NCBI GenBank assembly: GCA_963663135.2
Contig: CAXXRM010000005.1
Span: 353,812-417,811 of the forward strand
DNA length: 64,000 nt
Direction of reading: 5' to 3'
Origin: Dehalococcoidia bacterium
GTDB taxonomy: Bacteria; Chloroflexota; Dehalococcoidia; Lucifugimonadales; UBA3495
Shown here piece by piece: positions 20,079-29,777 of this stretch. The stretch's first letter is position 1; every line of letters begins with the position of its first letter. The notes under the pieces are model-generated. The model did no database searches. It was not told the DNA's origin and saw only the letters and a list, made by a program, of their open reading frames with translations. The position numbers and the translations under genes were made by a program.

Positions 20079-21464
20079 CTAGGCTAGGGAGCCCATGGGG
20101 TCCCAGGGAGGCAATACGATGGGTTCCAGGTCCAAGGCCTGCTGCAAGTCCTCGGGCAGGTAACTCTTTGGGGCTGCAATCTCGAACATATACTCCGCGA
20201 ACCAGGAGTCGTTCATAAGGCAGAACCCCTTATCGCCAACCTTGTCCGCCCAGCTGTTTTCCACGCGCCACCGGCGCGGCCGTCCGTCCACCACGTCCAC
20301 ACCGGTAAACATCATCGCGTGGGTCATGCTGGTCTGATGGAATTCCAACCGGGAAGCCTTATCCAGGGAGAAATCGGCTCCGTACACGCTGTCATAGTCG
20401 AAAAGGTCCGAGTCCCACAGTCCCAGGTCCCGGTGCATCTGCTTACCCGTGTCGCAACCCATCCACACCGGCTTGCCGTCCTGGAGCATGCGCATGGTGA
20501 TGGACTTGATTAGTTCGATATCAACGTTTAGATACTTGACGCGCGGACCGTCAACAATGTTGCCGAGATAATCGACGGTGAATGTGCGGCCCATGGGGCT
20601 GCTTTCCCTGGGGTCGTGGACCAGGCACACGTAGTCGTCCAGGGGCGTCGTCAGGAATTTGTCCGCGAACTCCAGGGGTGTCATGGGGCCGGTCCGGGTA
20701 AATTCGTTGTCTTTGTCCTTCCATTGCCAGTCAAACACCTGCGGCGGCGTGCCGAGGTGGATGCACAGCATGTGGTAGATGGTCTTCAGCACCTCATTTT
20801 TTATGCTGCGCAATTCTTCCGGCCCGGACTCAGCGGCGTAGGCGTCCCTGATCTGCTTGGCACCCTGGCGCATCTGGTAGTTCAGGTTGGTGTTCATCCT
20901 TGCCGAGTTTTCCGAGCTTTGCGTCTCCGGCATGGCTGTCTTGGGCGCTACTCCATACTTGCTGACCAGGCCGGTGAACATGGACCACTGCCCACCGTCC
21001 TGAATCGGCCGTTGCAACAACCAGGCCACAGTGCGGTCATCCAAGGGCCGGTCCGCCGTCTCAATGATTGCTTCGAGGATGAAATTGGCCCGCTCCAGTT
21101 TGTCCCAAAACATCAAGAAGTTTTGGCTGAACTCAAAATTCTTCAGGTTGAGCACGTTCCGGGTGTCCGCGCGGCATAGGTTCAACCCGGCGAACATCCA
21201 GCACCTACCGGTCCGGGACTGATTGGTGACCGACCAATCATCCAATACCGTGGAAAAACTATGAGGCGCATTGGTGACAATCGAGTGGTTCAGGGCAACG
21301 TCGTTAACGTCGTGCTGCGTGACCACATTTTGCATCAGGCGTTTGGACCCGTCGGACTGGAAGCTCTGCTGAAAAGATTCCAGATCGGGCGCCGTGATAG
21401 TCCGGGATACGCCATTAGCATCCAGGGTGGTTGCGGTTGGTTTCGCTTGGTTGTCTGTAGCCAA
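20079..21464 (-). CDS. pepC: aminopeptidase C / bleomycin hydrolase (peptidase C1B)
   Basis: Active-site region QSRTGRCWMFAGLN and a C-terminal ...VENSWADKVGDKGF... typical of PepC. Confidence 0.8.
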   Translation of the reverse strand: MATDNQAKPTATTLDANGVSRTITAPDLESFQQSFQSDGSKRLMQNVVTQHDVNDVALNHSIVTNAPHSFSTVLDDWSVTNQSRTGRCWMFAGLNLCRADTRNVLNLKNFEFSQNFLMFWDKLERANFILEAIIETADRPLDDRTVAWLLQRPIQDGGQWSMFTGLVSKYGVAPKTAMPETQSSENSARMNTNLNYQMRQGAKQIRDAYAAESGPEELRSIKNEVLKTIYHMLCIHLGTPPQVFDWQWKDKDNEFTRTGPMTPLEFADKFLTTPLDDYVCLVHDPRESSPMGRTFTVDYLGNIVDGPRVKYLNVDIELIKSITMRMLQDGKPVWMGCDTGKQMHRDLGLWDSDLFDYDSVYGADFSLDKASRLEFHQTSMTHAMMFTGVDVVDGRPRRWRVENSWADKVGDKGFCLMNDSWFAEYMFEIAAPKSYLPEDLQQALDLEPIVLPPWDPMGSLA

Positions 21465-21485
21465 GTCAATCCTCCTGGCCGGCGG

Positions 21486-23051
21486 TTAGGGTTCTCCCGG
21501 CAGACCCGGGGTTGTGGTGGGCGGAACCCGGTGGCCGGTGGCCTGTTCATAGCCGTAGGACAACCGGATCATCGTCGCGTCGCTAAAAGCGGGACCAAGA
21601 AAGGTGATCCCAACGGGCAGGCCCTCGGAGGTCAGCCCGGCGGGGACTGAAATGGACGGCACGTGGACCAAAAAGGTGTTGATGTGCGTAGCACCGCGCA
21701 TATCGTAGTAGGGCGGGCCAACTCCCTCACTGATCAACGTGGGTTGGTGCTCCACCGTCTTGTGGACGATTGCGTCCAACTGGGAGTCGGCCATAATTTT
21801 GCTGACGTTGACCGCCAACTCCTCCCGGGCGATGAGGTACTCCCCGTAGGCTTGCGGCCCGGACAGGGGCGTGCCCGTTCTCCTCACCGTGTACACCTTG
21901 TCGTAATCCGGCGACTGCCGCATGGCTTCCGGCGACGCGTAGGGGGGACGTTCGTTGCGCAGGAAATAAAGGCGCCAGGCTTCGTCGCTGCGGCCCTCGC
22001 TGGCCCGCGTGGCCATCAGTTCCTTCAACCGGGGAATTTCCGGGATCAGGACCACCGTGGCCCCGGCATCCTCAAGCTCCTGGACCGCCCGGTCGAAAAC
22101 CTCTGCCACCAAGCGGAAATCGTCGGTGTCGGGTTGGCACTCAAAGCCCATCGACTGGCTCAGGATGCCGATGCGGGCGCCATTGAGGCCAACCGGGTTC
22201 AGGGAATGGGTGTACGACTCGGGACATTTGCCGAAACCTAGGGCGGTGCCGGGGTCCTCTGGATCATAACCGGCCATGACATCCAAAAGGGTCGCCAGGT
22301 CGGACACTGTCCTGGTCATGGGGCCCAGGGAGCCGGTAAGGCTTGGCCAACCCGAGTAAACCCCGGTGCGGCTGACCAGTCCCGCGGTGGGGCGCATGCC
22401 CACAATCCCGTTCCAGGCCGAAGGACGGCGGATGGATGCGAAACCTTCCTGGCCGATGGCCACCGCCCCGAAATTGGCAGATACGCTGGCGGCCGATCCA
22501 CCCGAGGACCCTCCCGCCGTCCGGGATGGGTCGTAGGGGTTGCCGGTTGAACCGTACAATGACCCGTGGGAGTCGCCCCGGCCCATTTCTCCCAAGGTGG
22601 CCTTGGCGAGGATCAAGGCGCCCGCGTTTTTTAGATTTTCGACCACAAAGGAGTCTTTGTCCGGGAAAAAGTCGTTGAAGACCACCGAGCCCAACGTTGT
22701 GGGCATCCCCTGGACGTCGATCTGGTCCTTCAGGATAACCGGTATGCCGTGCAGGGCTCCGGGTTGGCCGCCGGAACGATAGACCTGGTCCAGTCGCTCG
22801 GCATCCTCGAGCGCCTGGGGGTTCACGGTTATGATGGAGTTGATTTTTGGGCCGTTGCGATCGTAGGCTTCAATGCGGTCCAGGTAGCATTCCACCAAGC
22901 GGCGGCAGGAAATCGCGCCGGACGCGAACGCCTCATGAATCCCGGCGATAGTGGCGTCTTGAAGCCGAAAATTGCCGGGTGATTGTTGCTCACTAGCCAT
23001 ATCAGACCTCTCTACCCCCGGAAACCCGGTCAAACATTCCTGGCCCGCCAT
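21486..23051 (-). CDS. amidase (amidase-signature family)
   Basis: GGSSGGSAASV amidase signature. The true start may be the internal Met (MASEQQ...). Confidence 0.85.
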   Translation of the reverse strand: MAGQECLTGFPGVERSDMASEQQSPGNFRLQDATIAGIHEAFASGAISCRRLVECYLDRIEAYDRNGPKINSIITVNPQALEDAERLDQVYRSGGQPGALHGIPVILKDQIDVQGMPTTLGSVVFNDFFPDKDSFVVENLKNAGALILAKATLGEMGRGDSHGSLYGSTGNPYDPSRTAGGSSGGSAASVSANFGAVAIGQEGFASIRRPSAWNGIVGMRPTAGLVSRTGVYSGWPSLTGSLGPMTRTVSDLATLLDVMAGYDPEDPGTALGFGKCPESYTHSLNPVGLNGARIGILSQSMGFECQPDTDDFRLVAEVFDRAVQELEDAGATVVLIPEIPRLKELMATRASEGRSDEAWRLYFLRNERPPYASPEAMRQSPDYDKVYTVRRTGTPLSGPQAYGEYLIAREELAVNVSKIMADSQLDAIVHKTVEHQPTLISEGVGPPYYDMRGATHINTFLVHVPSISVPAGLTSEGLPVGITFLGPAFSDATMIRLSYGYEQATGHRVPPTTTPGLPGEP

Positions 23052-23231
23052 TCCCGGCGTCAGAAGTGATTCACCCGATTTCTCAGGATTTTACCCCAAT
23101 GCGGGCTATACCCGCCACCGGGGAAATGGACTGGTGACGCCTCAAACACAACAAAAACCAGGCGAGGCCAACCAGCCTCGCCTGGTTTGAATAGCGGCCA
23201 CTGTTCCTACCCCGCCGGGACTATTGCGGAA

Positions 23232-24605
23232 TTATTGGTTGAACTCGCATTCCGGTAGGAACCCTTTGATTATGGGCAAGGTGACGTCAGACCGGCCCAG
23301 GGCGGATACATAGAGTTCCTTCAAGTCGGTCCCTTTGGTCGGAGTGACCGTATCCCCTGCCAGAATCTTGTCGTAGTCCGCCAGGAATTCCGGATCGTGG
23401 ACCATTTCCCAAGCGGCGTCTTGCATCAATGTGACCAGTTCGTCAGGCGTGCTTGGGGGCATCTGGACCGCCCGATAGGTGGGGCCTAAGTCCGTAGTAA
23501 AAATTCTCCACAGGTCTTTTTGCTCGTCGTTCAGCAGGTCCATAATCTGGACGCTGTCTTCCGGCACGTCTATCTCGCCGTTGTGGCGAAGCTGCAGTTC
23601 CGGAAGGGACAGGACGAAGAAAACCTGGAGGAAAGAGTCGGGGCCGTTGCCGCCGGTGTCGTCCGACTGCCAACCTGGGCGGTCCCGTGCCAGGGTGTAC
23701 CACATCCCGGCGTCGCGGACGTCGATGTCATGGCGTTCCAACTGCTGCATGGTAGGTACCCGGCCTCCAGGAAGGCCGTACTTGATGTCCATGGGCAGGT
23801 CTAACCACTCCTTCAGAGCCCGGTAGCGCATGGAACTAGAGGTGCAGATGAGCTCCTGCCCCAAGGTAAACCGGGGAGCGGTGGGGTCCGAACCCTTGCC
23901 GACGGCGTCCTGAACCCGGCGGTACGGGGCGTCCCTGTGGGCGTATGCCACCACCGGCCTGACCTGGAGCCCAACGATGTTTTTGAACTCCAATAGGTCG
24001 TATTGCACCCCCGGCTGCAATAGCTGGCGGTCGGGGTTGACCCCGGTGAAAACCCCAAGGGTAAGCCCGTCGTCCGATGCGTTCCAGACGTAGTGGGCCC
24101 CCACCAGGCTGGCTCCGCCGACCTTGTTCAGCACTACCGTCTTGGGGTTGCCCGGCAGGAACCGCCCAATGTGGCGGGCGACGACCCGGGCATTCAGGTC
24201 GGCGCCCCCGCCCGGCGGGTGGTTGGCAATCACCTTGATGGTCTTGCCCTCGTAGTAGGGCTTCTCGGTTTCCGGATCGGTTACCACGGCCTTGGGCTCT
24301 TCAGCAGCAGCGGCTGCCGCCATGCTGGCGGCGGCTGCTGCTGCAGCTTCAGCTACCCGCTGCTCCACCAGTTGCTGGACCTCCGCGTCGGATAGTCCGG
24401 TGGATTCGGCCCTGGCCTCCTCCATCATTTTTGCAACTTCTTCCGCGGTTATACCTGCTGCCTCAGCTGGGGCGGCGGTGGGTGGCGCCACCCTAGCCCC
24501 GGGAGCCGCCGGAGTAGAACCGCCGCATGCCACAGCCGTCAGCCCCAGGATTAACCCGAGGCAAAGCAGAACGCCCAAGGAGTAACTTACTTTGGCTCTA
24601 CTCAT
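23232..24605 (-). CDS. Bug/TctC-like extracytoplasmic solute-binding lipoprotein
   Basis: Lipobox LTAVACGG, a long Ala-rich linker, and NHPPGGGADLNARVVARHIG, which resembles the Bug/TctC PGGG.D motif. No tctA or tctB gene is adjacent. Confidence 0.6.
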   Translation of the reverse strand: MSRAKVSYSLGVLLCLGLILGLTAVACGGSTPAAPGARVAPPTAAPAEAAGITAEEVAKMMEEARAESTGLSDAEVQQLVEQRVAEAAAAAAASMAAAAAAEEPKAVVTDPETEKPYYEGKTIKVIANHPPGGGADLNARVVARHIGRFLPGNPKTVVLNKVGGASLVGAHYVWNASDDGLTLGVFTGVNPDRQLLQPGVQYDLLEFKNIVGLQVRPVVAYAHRDAPYRRVQDAVGKGSDPTAPRFTLGQELICTSSSMRYRALKEWLDLPMDIKYGLPGGRVPTMQQLERHDIDVRDAGMWYTLARDRPGWQSDDTGGNGPDSFLQVFFVLSLPELQLRHNGEIDVPEDSVQIMDLLNDEQKDLWRIFTTDLGPTYRAVQMPPSTPDELVTLMQDAAWEMVHDPEFLADYDKILAGDTVTPTKGTDLKELYVSALGRSDVTLPIIKGFLPECEFNQ

Positions 24606-25182
24606 TTTGTTCCTCCCTATTTGGAGATCGCTGCGCTGAAATTGGATCGACCCGGAAGTCGACCCCCTGGCTCCGGCTCATTGTGCGGATTGAATTCTAA
24701 GGGTGGCCCGATTCTTGGCCGGAAAGGCGGGGACTTCTCAATTTAGAGAACGTTCAGATTCGATTCGACGCTGGCCTTCCAATTGAAACCCGCTTACCAA
24801 GTTTGGGGGTAAAACGTAAACCCAGACTTGAATCCCCAGTTCGGCGTTGTCGGGCTTTCCTTAGACAATGTAACGCCAATTAGGCCAAGCGTGCAACACC
24901 TGCTTGTAGCTTGGCCGGATTCGGAATTCAGTCAACAGGATGGCCCAGGGCAAACTATTCGCAGTATGGGGTAAAACCCTACCAATCGACGGAATAACTC
25001 CCCATCTCGGCCACTCCCAGATAGACGAAGGCTTACCCGCCGGTCCCGCGGCTCTCACGAGTTCATTGCTTTGTTCGAGCGGAGAGTGGCTTGAGCCGAA
25101 GTTTGCGAAGGGTTACAAGATGAGGGCGGGACCGGACCGGGGTTTTGTTGCCAGGGGCTGAAAAACGGCCAACCGGTGGGAT

Positions 25183-25599
25183 TTACTGCGTGCCGTTTCT
25201 AGACGCTGGGGCGTCATCGCGAATGGTTGAGATTTCCTCAAAAATCCTAATCCTGCCCAATTTGCGGAGGTAGGGTTGGATCTTGGCTTCCATTTTCATG
25301 CGGAAATCGTCCCGGACCCAGTTTTCCAAGTAGTCCGCGTGGCCCCAGGTGCTCGAAACCATGAAGACCCTTGGGTTGTCCAGGGATCTCCACGTCTCGC
25401 CGTACAGATAACCCCTTTGCCTGACGGCTTCCCCTCTCAGGTCGCGCAGCATGTCCCACACGAGTCCTTCCCGCCCGGCTTTGACGGTCCGCTCTATCAA
25501 AACCTTAATCGCCACGGTTTGACACCTCTGGGTTTCATGTTGTTGCCGAGAATCCTCGGACCGCATCCTTTCAACGGCCATTTGCAGTATCGCCCGCAC
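25183..25599 (-). CDS. ABM (antibiotic-biosynthesis-monooxygenase-like) domain protein
   Basis: A ferredoxin-like pattern of ~100 aa (IKVLIERTVKAG...LYGETWRSLDNPRVFMVSSTW...). The start codon is uncertain. Confidence 0.45.
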   Translation of the reverse strand: MRAILQMAVERMRSEDSRQQHETQRCQTVAIKVLIERTVKAGREGLVWDMLRDLRGEAVRQRGYLYGETWRSLDNPRVFMVSSTWGHADYLENWVRDDFRMKMEAKIQPYLRKLGRIRIFEEISTIRDDAPASRNGTQ

Positions 25600-25699
25600 T
25601 CAAGGAGCCTATTGGCGGCCTCCCTCTCGCGCCGACATGGCAATCCCGGCGGCTGTGGAGCGCGTGGACCAGGCCGCCGGGATTGCGCGGGGTGAGGGT

Positions 25700-25993
25700 T
25701 TATTCGAAGGAATAGTATTTGACGCCGGCGCACGGGACCCGGTAGGACCAAAGACCTACTTTGACCGGAATAACGGCTTCGGGCCGGCGGGTCGAGCGGG
25801 TTTGGCACTCCATGCAAATACATGCGACGCTCCCGGAGAACCCATCCCCGTCTTGGGCCCCCACGTAGCGTCCGCACCGGGAACACTCCAGGTACACAAT
25901 TCCGCAATGGGCGCCGTCGATATAGGGGTTGGCATAAGACGTCACTGTTAGGTTCCTTGGAAGAACGCCCTGTCGCTGGTCTACGGTAACCAT
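25700..25993 (-). CDS. hypothetical small Cys-rich protein (possible Zn-ribbon)
   Basis: 97 aa with CSRCG...CICMEC. I did not recognise a family. Confidence 0.3.
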   Translation of the reverse strand: MVTVDQRQGVLPRNLTVTSYANPYIDGAHCGIVYLECSRCGRYVGAQDGDGFSGSVACICMECQTRSTRRPEAVIPVKVGLWSYRVPCAGVKYYSFE

Positions 25994-26513
25994 GTCACAC
26001 CTCCCTGTGCGGTATATAGCCCTGGGGTCGAGGAGCCCGGCACCTCAGATGGCGACTGACCCAATCCTGGAGCCGCATCCAGACTGTGCTCACTTCCCTG
26101 GCAGGTTGGCCCGGCGCATTTGGGGGAATTGCCCCCTGAAGGCTGTGCAACTCCCCAGAAAATCACCTACCTATAGAGTGCAGTCAAACCAGCTACGACC
26201 GGAAGGGGGCCTTACCCTACCTCCCACCGGCGCAAGACCCCATTCGCAGCCCGAGAGTCTCGCCGGCCTTCTTCCCTGAGAATTCCAACTAGCCGCGCCA
26301 CGGGCTCACTAGACGATCAAGAGGGGCCATTTTCGCAATGGTGAGACCGGCAGGAACGGCGGGGCCGGCCGGTCTGGCTCTACGTAGGAAATGGAATGGG
26401 TCGGATGACCGGAAATCTCGGCGACAGTGTCGGACTGCAGCGTTGGGCTAAATCCGGGGGGCAAACCCGTATGTTACGCTGGGGGTTTCTGTATCCTTCC
26501 CCAGTAACTTGGA

Positions 26514-28616
26514 TTGAAACGGATGGTTTGGAAGCGTGCACTCGCCGCCGTTCTGGTTGTGGCAGGAATAATCTTTGGCGCGGCAGGGATATTGTCGGTT
26601 TATGTTCGCGACACCCTGATCGACAGCGACGAGGCGGCGGAGCGCGCAATTACTGCGCTGACCCAGCCCGAGGTTCGCCAGTTGATTGCAGATACCGTCG
26701 TTGACCAGATGGTGAAGGGCAACCCCGACCTGCTGGCGGCCCGTCCGGTGCTTAGTGAGGTCGTGTCGGGGGTGATAGCGGCTCCGGTTTTCCACCGGAT
26801 TTATGAGTCGGCAATCCGCGACCTACACCGGACCGTGTTCCTCGGCGACATTGACACCTTTACCGTGCAGCTGACCGATATGATTCTGATTGTGAAGAAG
26901 CAGGCCGCGGTGCTGTCCCCCGAGTTGGCCGAGCAGATTCCCGACGACCTCATCGACACGCTGATTGACGTGCAGTCCAACCCGCAGGTCCTCGACGCGG
27001 TGCAAATCGCCGAGAATATCCGGTTCCTGGCATTCGCGTTGCCGCTGTTGGCTATTGCCGCCTTCGGCTCCTCGATATTCTTGGCGGACAACCGGCGACA
27101 GGCTTGGGTGCGCGTGGGCATGGGCGCCTTCGGCATCGGCGTGATAATTCTGGTCATTGAGTCGGCGGCGGGCTGGCTGATAGTACGCGGTTTCGAGGAA
27201 GGTGCGGCGCGAGATGTAGCCAGCGCTTTTTGGAACGCCTTTGCCGCTGACCTGTATTTGTGGGCCCTGGCGATCGCCGCCATCGGGACGATTATGGTGG
27301 CTGCCGTTTGGTGGATCTCGGAACCGGCCAACGTAACGGCTCGGTTGGGGCAGTTCCGCCGGTTTCTGGAACCACCCTCGGCGACGATCCCCCGGTTGAC
27401 GTGGGTGCTGGGCTGGGGACTGATTGGCGTATTCCTGATACTGAGTTGGCAGAATGCGGTCCGCGTGATTGTCACGCTGCTGGGCGTGTTGTTCCTGGTC
27501 AACGCCCTGGCTGAATTCCTCAGGATGATTGCTCCCGGGCAGTTGGAGGTCGCCTCCGGCGGCGACATCGGGGTCAGTCGGACCGTGTTGAAGTGGCTGG
27601 CGGCCGCCGGCGGATTGGCGGCGGCGGCAGTCATTGTGTTGGGATACTTCGCCATAGACCGCAGCGCCGGAACAGCGGAGAGCGCGGTTGCTGTCCCGGC
27701 AGGCTCCGGCTGCAATGGCCACTTGCTGTTGTGCGACCGGCGCCTGGACGACATCACCATTGCCGCCGCTCATAACGCAATGTCCAGCGCCGAGGACGGG
27801 TTCGTGCTGGCCAACCATTCCAGGGGAATCATTCCCCAGTTGGAAGCCGGATACCGGGGACTGCTGATTGACCTTTACCCTGGCATTGAATCGGAACGCT
27901 CTCCCGTGGTGGTGACCGACGTGGCCCCTGCAACGCCGGAAGACCGGCTGCGATTGGTTGAGCAGTTGGGCGAGACCGCCGTGCGGTCGGCTGAGGAGCT
28001 GCGCCAGCGCAACCTGGACGCCGGCGGTAAGCGGGAACTCTACCTTTGCCACCTTCAATGCGAGAGCGGCGCCACCCCATTTGCCGCCGAACTGGTGCGA
28101 ATTCGAGGCTGGTTGGAGGAAAACCCACGGGAGGCGCTGGTTATCATTATCGAAGACCACGCCCCTCCGGAGGACATAGCCGCCGCTTTTGCAGAGGCCG
28201 GGCTGGTCGGGTACACGCACACCCAGGCTTTTGATGCCCCGTGGTCCACGCTCCGGGAGATGATAGATTCGGGGCGGCGGTTGGTGGTTATGGCCGAAAA
28301 CGACACCGGGGGCGTGCCGTGGTATCACGACGCCTTCACCTTCACCCAGGAAACGCCCTATCATTTTGAGGACGTTGCCGAATTCGACTGCGCACCCAAT
28401 CGCGGCCGTGAAGACAGCCCGTTGTTCATGGTCAACCACTGGGTCACCCCGGCCCTGGCCGAGGCCGGGTCTCTGGCCAATTCCGCCCGGGTCCTCAACG
28501 AACGTCTCGCTGCTTGCCTCGAAGATCGGGGCTTGTCGCCCAATATCATAGGAGTGGATTTTTATGTCGGCGGCGATGCCTTGGCCGTGGTGGATTCCAT
28601 AAACGGAGTCCGGTAG
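26514..28616 (+). CDS. multi-pass membrane protein with a C-terminal PI-PLC X-domain-like phosphodiesterase domain
   Basis: An N-terminal TM segment plus ~6 further hydrophobic segments. The C-terminal region CNGHLLLCDRRLDDITIAAAHNAMS...GYRGLLIDLY resembles PLC-like phosphodiesterase (PLCXD) proteins. Confidence 0.5.
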   Translation: MKRMVWKRALAAVLVVAGIIFGAAGILSVYVRDTLIDSDEAAERAITALTQPEVRQLIADTVVDQMVKGNPDLLAARPVLSEVVSGVIAAPVFHRIYESAIRDLHRTVFLGDIDTFTVQLTDMILIVKKQAAVLSPELAEQIPDDLIDTLIDVQSNPQVLDAVQIAENIRFLAFALPLLAIAAFGSSIFLADNRRQAWVRVGMGAFGIGVIILVIESAAGWLIVRGFEEGAARDVASAFWNAFAADLYLWALAIAAIGTIMVAAVWWISEPANVTARLGQFRRFLEPPSATIPRLTWVLGWGLIGVFLILSWQNAVRVIVTLLGVLFLVNALAEFLRMIAPGQLEVASGGDIGVSRTVLKWLAAAGGLAAAAVIVLGYFAIDRSAGTAESAVAVPAGSGCNGHLLLCDRRLDDITIAAAHNAMSSAEDGFVLANHSRGIIPQLEAGYRGLLIDLYPGIESERSPVVVTDVAPATPEDRLRLVEQLGETAVRSAEELRQRNLDAGGKRELYLCHLQCESGATPFAAELVRIRGWLEENPREALVIIIEDHAPPEDIAAAFAEAGLVGYTHTQAFDAPWSTLREMIDSGRRLVVMAENDTGGVPWYHDAFTFTQETPYHFEDVAEFDCAPNRGREDSPLFMVNHWVTPALAEAGSLANSARVLNERLAACLEDRGLSPNIIGVDFYVGGDALAVVDSINGVR

Positions 28617-28681
28617 GGGAGTCCGGTAGGTAGGAAGCGCGCGGCGCGGGTCATCCAACGGTCCGACTGAATGTTGGACGC

Positions 28682-28741
28682 CGCGTACAAGGAAGGGCCA
28701 GGCAGAGCGCATCGTCTCTGCCTGGCCCTTCCTTGTACGCG
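28682..28741. terminator. 26-bp perfect-stem hairpin between convergent genes (bidirectional terminator candidate, no U-tract)
   Basis: Left arm 28682..28707 pairs perfectly with right arm 28716..28741 around an 8-nt loop CGCATCGT. Confidence 0.55.
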
Positions 28742-29123
28742 CCTAGTTCCCTACCCGGGTAGTGGAAGACTTTTCCTCTCGTCTGCCTGCGAACACAGAC
28801 AGATTTGGGGATTTTTAGCCGGGACTGCTAATCCGGCTTGGCGCCGTCAATTCAACCGGGCCCCCGCCGACTCTGCCACCAGACCTTCCCTCTGTCCTGG
28901 TCCGAGTCAGCGGAGGCCTCAGTAAGGGTATTTCCACTGGTGATGCCACTCAAAATTTAGAGTCATCGTGGCCTCCATCTGCCTTCTGAGAAGATAAACG
29001 GTTCACCCTCCGTGTCCCTATTATCACGGCCAACCTCGCTGTATCGGTATGGGTTGTTCCCCTACCAGTAGCGGGGAAATACCCCCAAGGGAGCCGGAGG
29101 AGAATTGGGAGTGATTCCTGAAG

Positions 29124-29777
29124 TTATTGGTCAGCGGAAACTATGTTGTGCCTTACCGCAAACCGGACCAGGCCGGCGAGGTCGTGGATGTCCAGTTTGT
29201 TCATGACGCTGGCGCGGTGCTTTTCCACCGTCTTCACCGTTACCACCAGGGTGGAGGCAATCTTCGCGTTGGTGTTTCCTTCGGCAAGGAGTTGCAGCAC
29301 CTGCCGCTCCCTTGGCGTCAAACGCTGCGGAGCGCTTGCCTCATCCGGTCCATCCGGCCGGGTTAAGAAATCGGTCAGGATTGAACCGGCAATGGGAGGG
29401 CTCAGGTAGGTTTCCCCCCGGTTGGCGGCTCTTATTGCCAGAAGCAATTCTTCGCTGACGGCGCGTTTGAGCACGTAAGCCCGGGCGCCGCTCCTCAACG
29501 CTCGCTTCACGACCGATTCGTCGGCGTGTATTGAGAGCACCACCACCTGAGTATCCGGCAGACGGGAACGTATCAACTCGGTGGCCTGAGCGCCGTTGAG
29601 ACGGGGCATAGAAATGTCCATCACCACGATATCCGGTGTCAGGCTCTCAGCAAGGGCGCAGGCGGCCATACCGTCTTCGGCCTCGCCGACCACTTCTATA
29701 TCTTCAGCCGATTCCAACAGCATACGGATACCCTGGCGGACCAGGTGGTGGTCGTCGGCCACTATTACCCTGATCAT
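29124..29777 (-). CDS. NarL/FixJ (LuxR)-type response regulator
   Basis: Receiver domain (IRVIVADDHH...DIVVMDISMP) plus a C-terminal LuxR HTH (LTPRERQVLQLLAEGNTNAKIA). It overlaps the kinase gene by 1 nt. Confidence 0.9.
   Translation of the reverse strand: MIRVIVADDHHLVRQGIRMLLESAEDIEVVGEAEDGMAACALAESLTPDIVVMDISMPRLNGAQATELIRSRLPDTQVVVLSIHADESVVKRALRSGARAYVLKRAVSEELLLAIRAANRGETYLSPPIAGSILTDFLTRPDGPDEASAPQRLTPRERQVLQLLAEGNTNAKIASTLVVTVKTVEKHRASVMNKLDIHDLAGLVRFAVRHNIVSADQ

Noticed and set aside
24606-25182. 577-bp intergenic region upstream of the TctC-like gene; examined for tRNA or ncRNA
   Set aside because: It has no tRNA-like T-arm or acceptor pattern and no recognisable RNA family motif.
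26823-28712. 629-aa minus-strand ORF, the longest unannotated ORF in the window
   Set aside because: It is entirely antisense to the better-supported membrane/PLC-like gene 26514..28616. The translation is Arg/Gly/Pro/His/Gln-rich low complexity with no motifs, which is typical of a shadow ORF in high-GC DNA.
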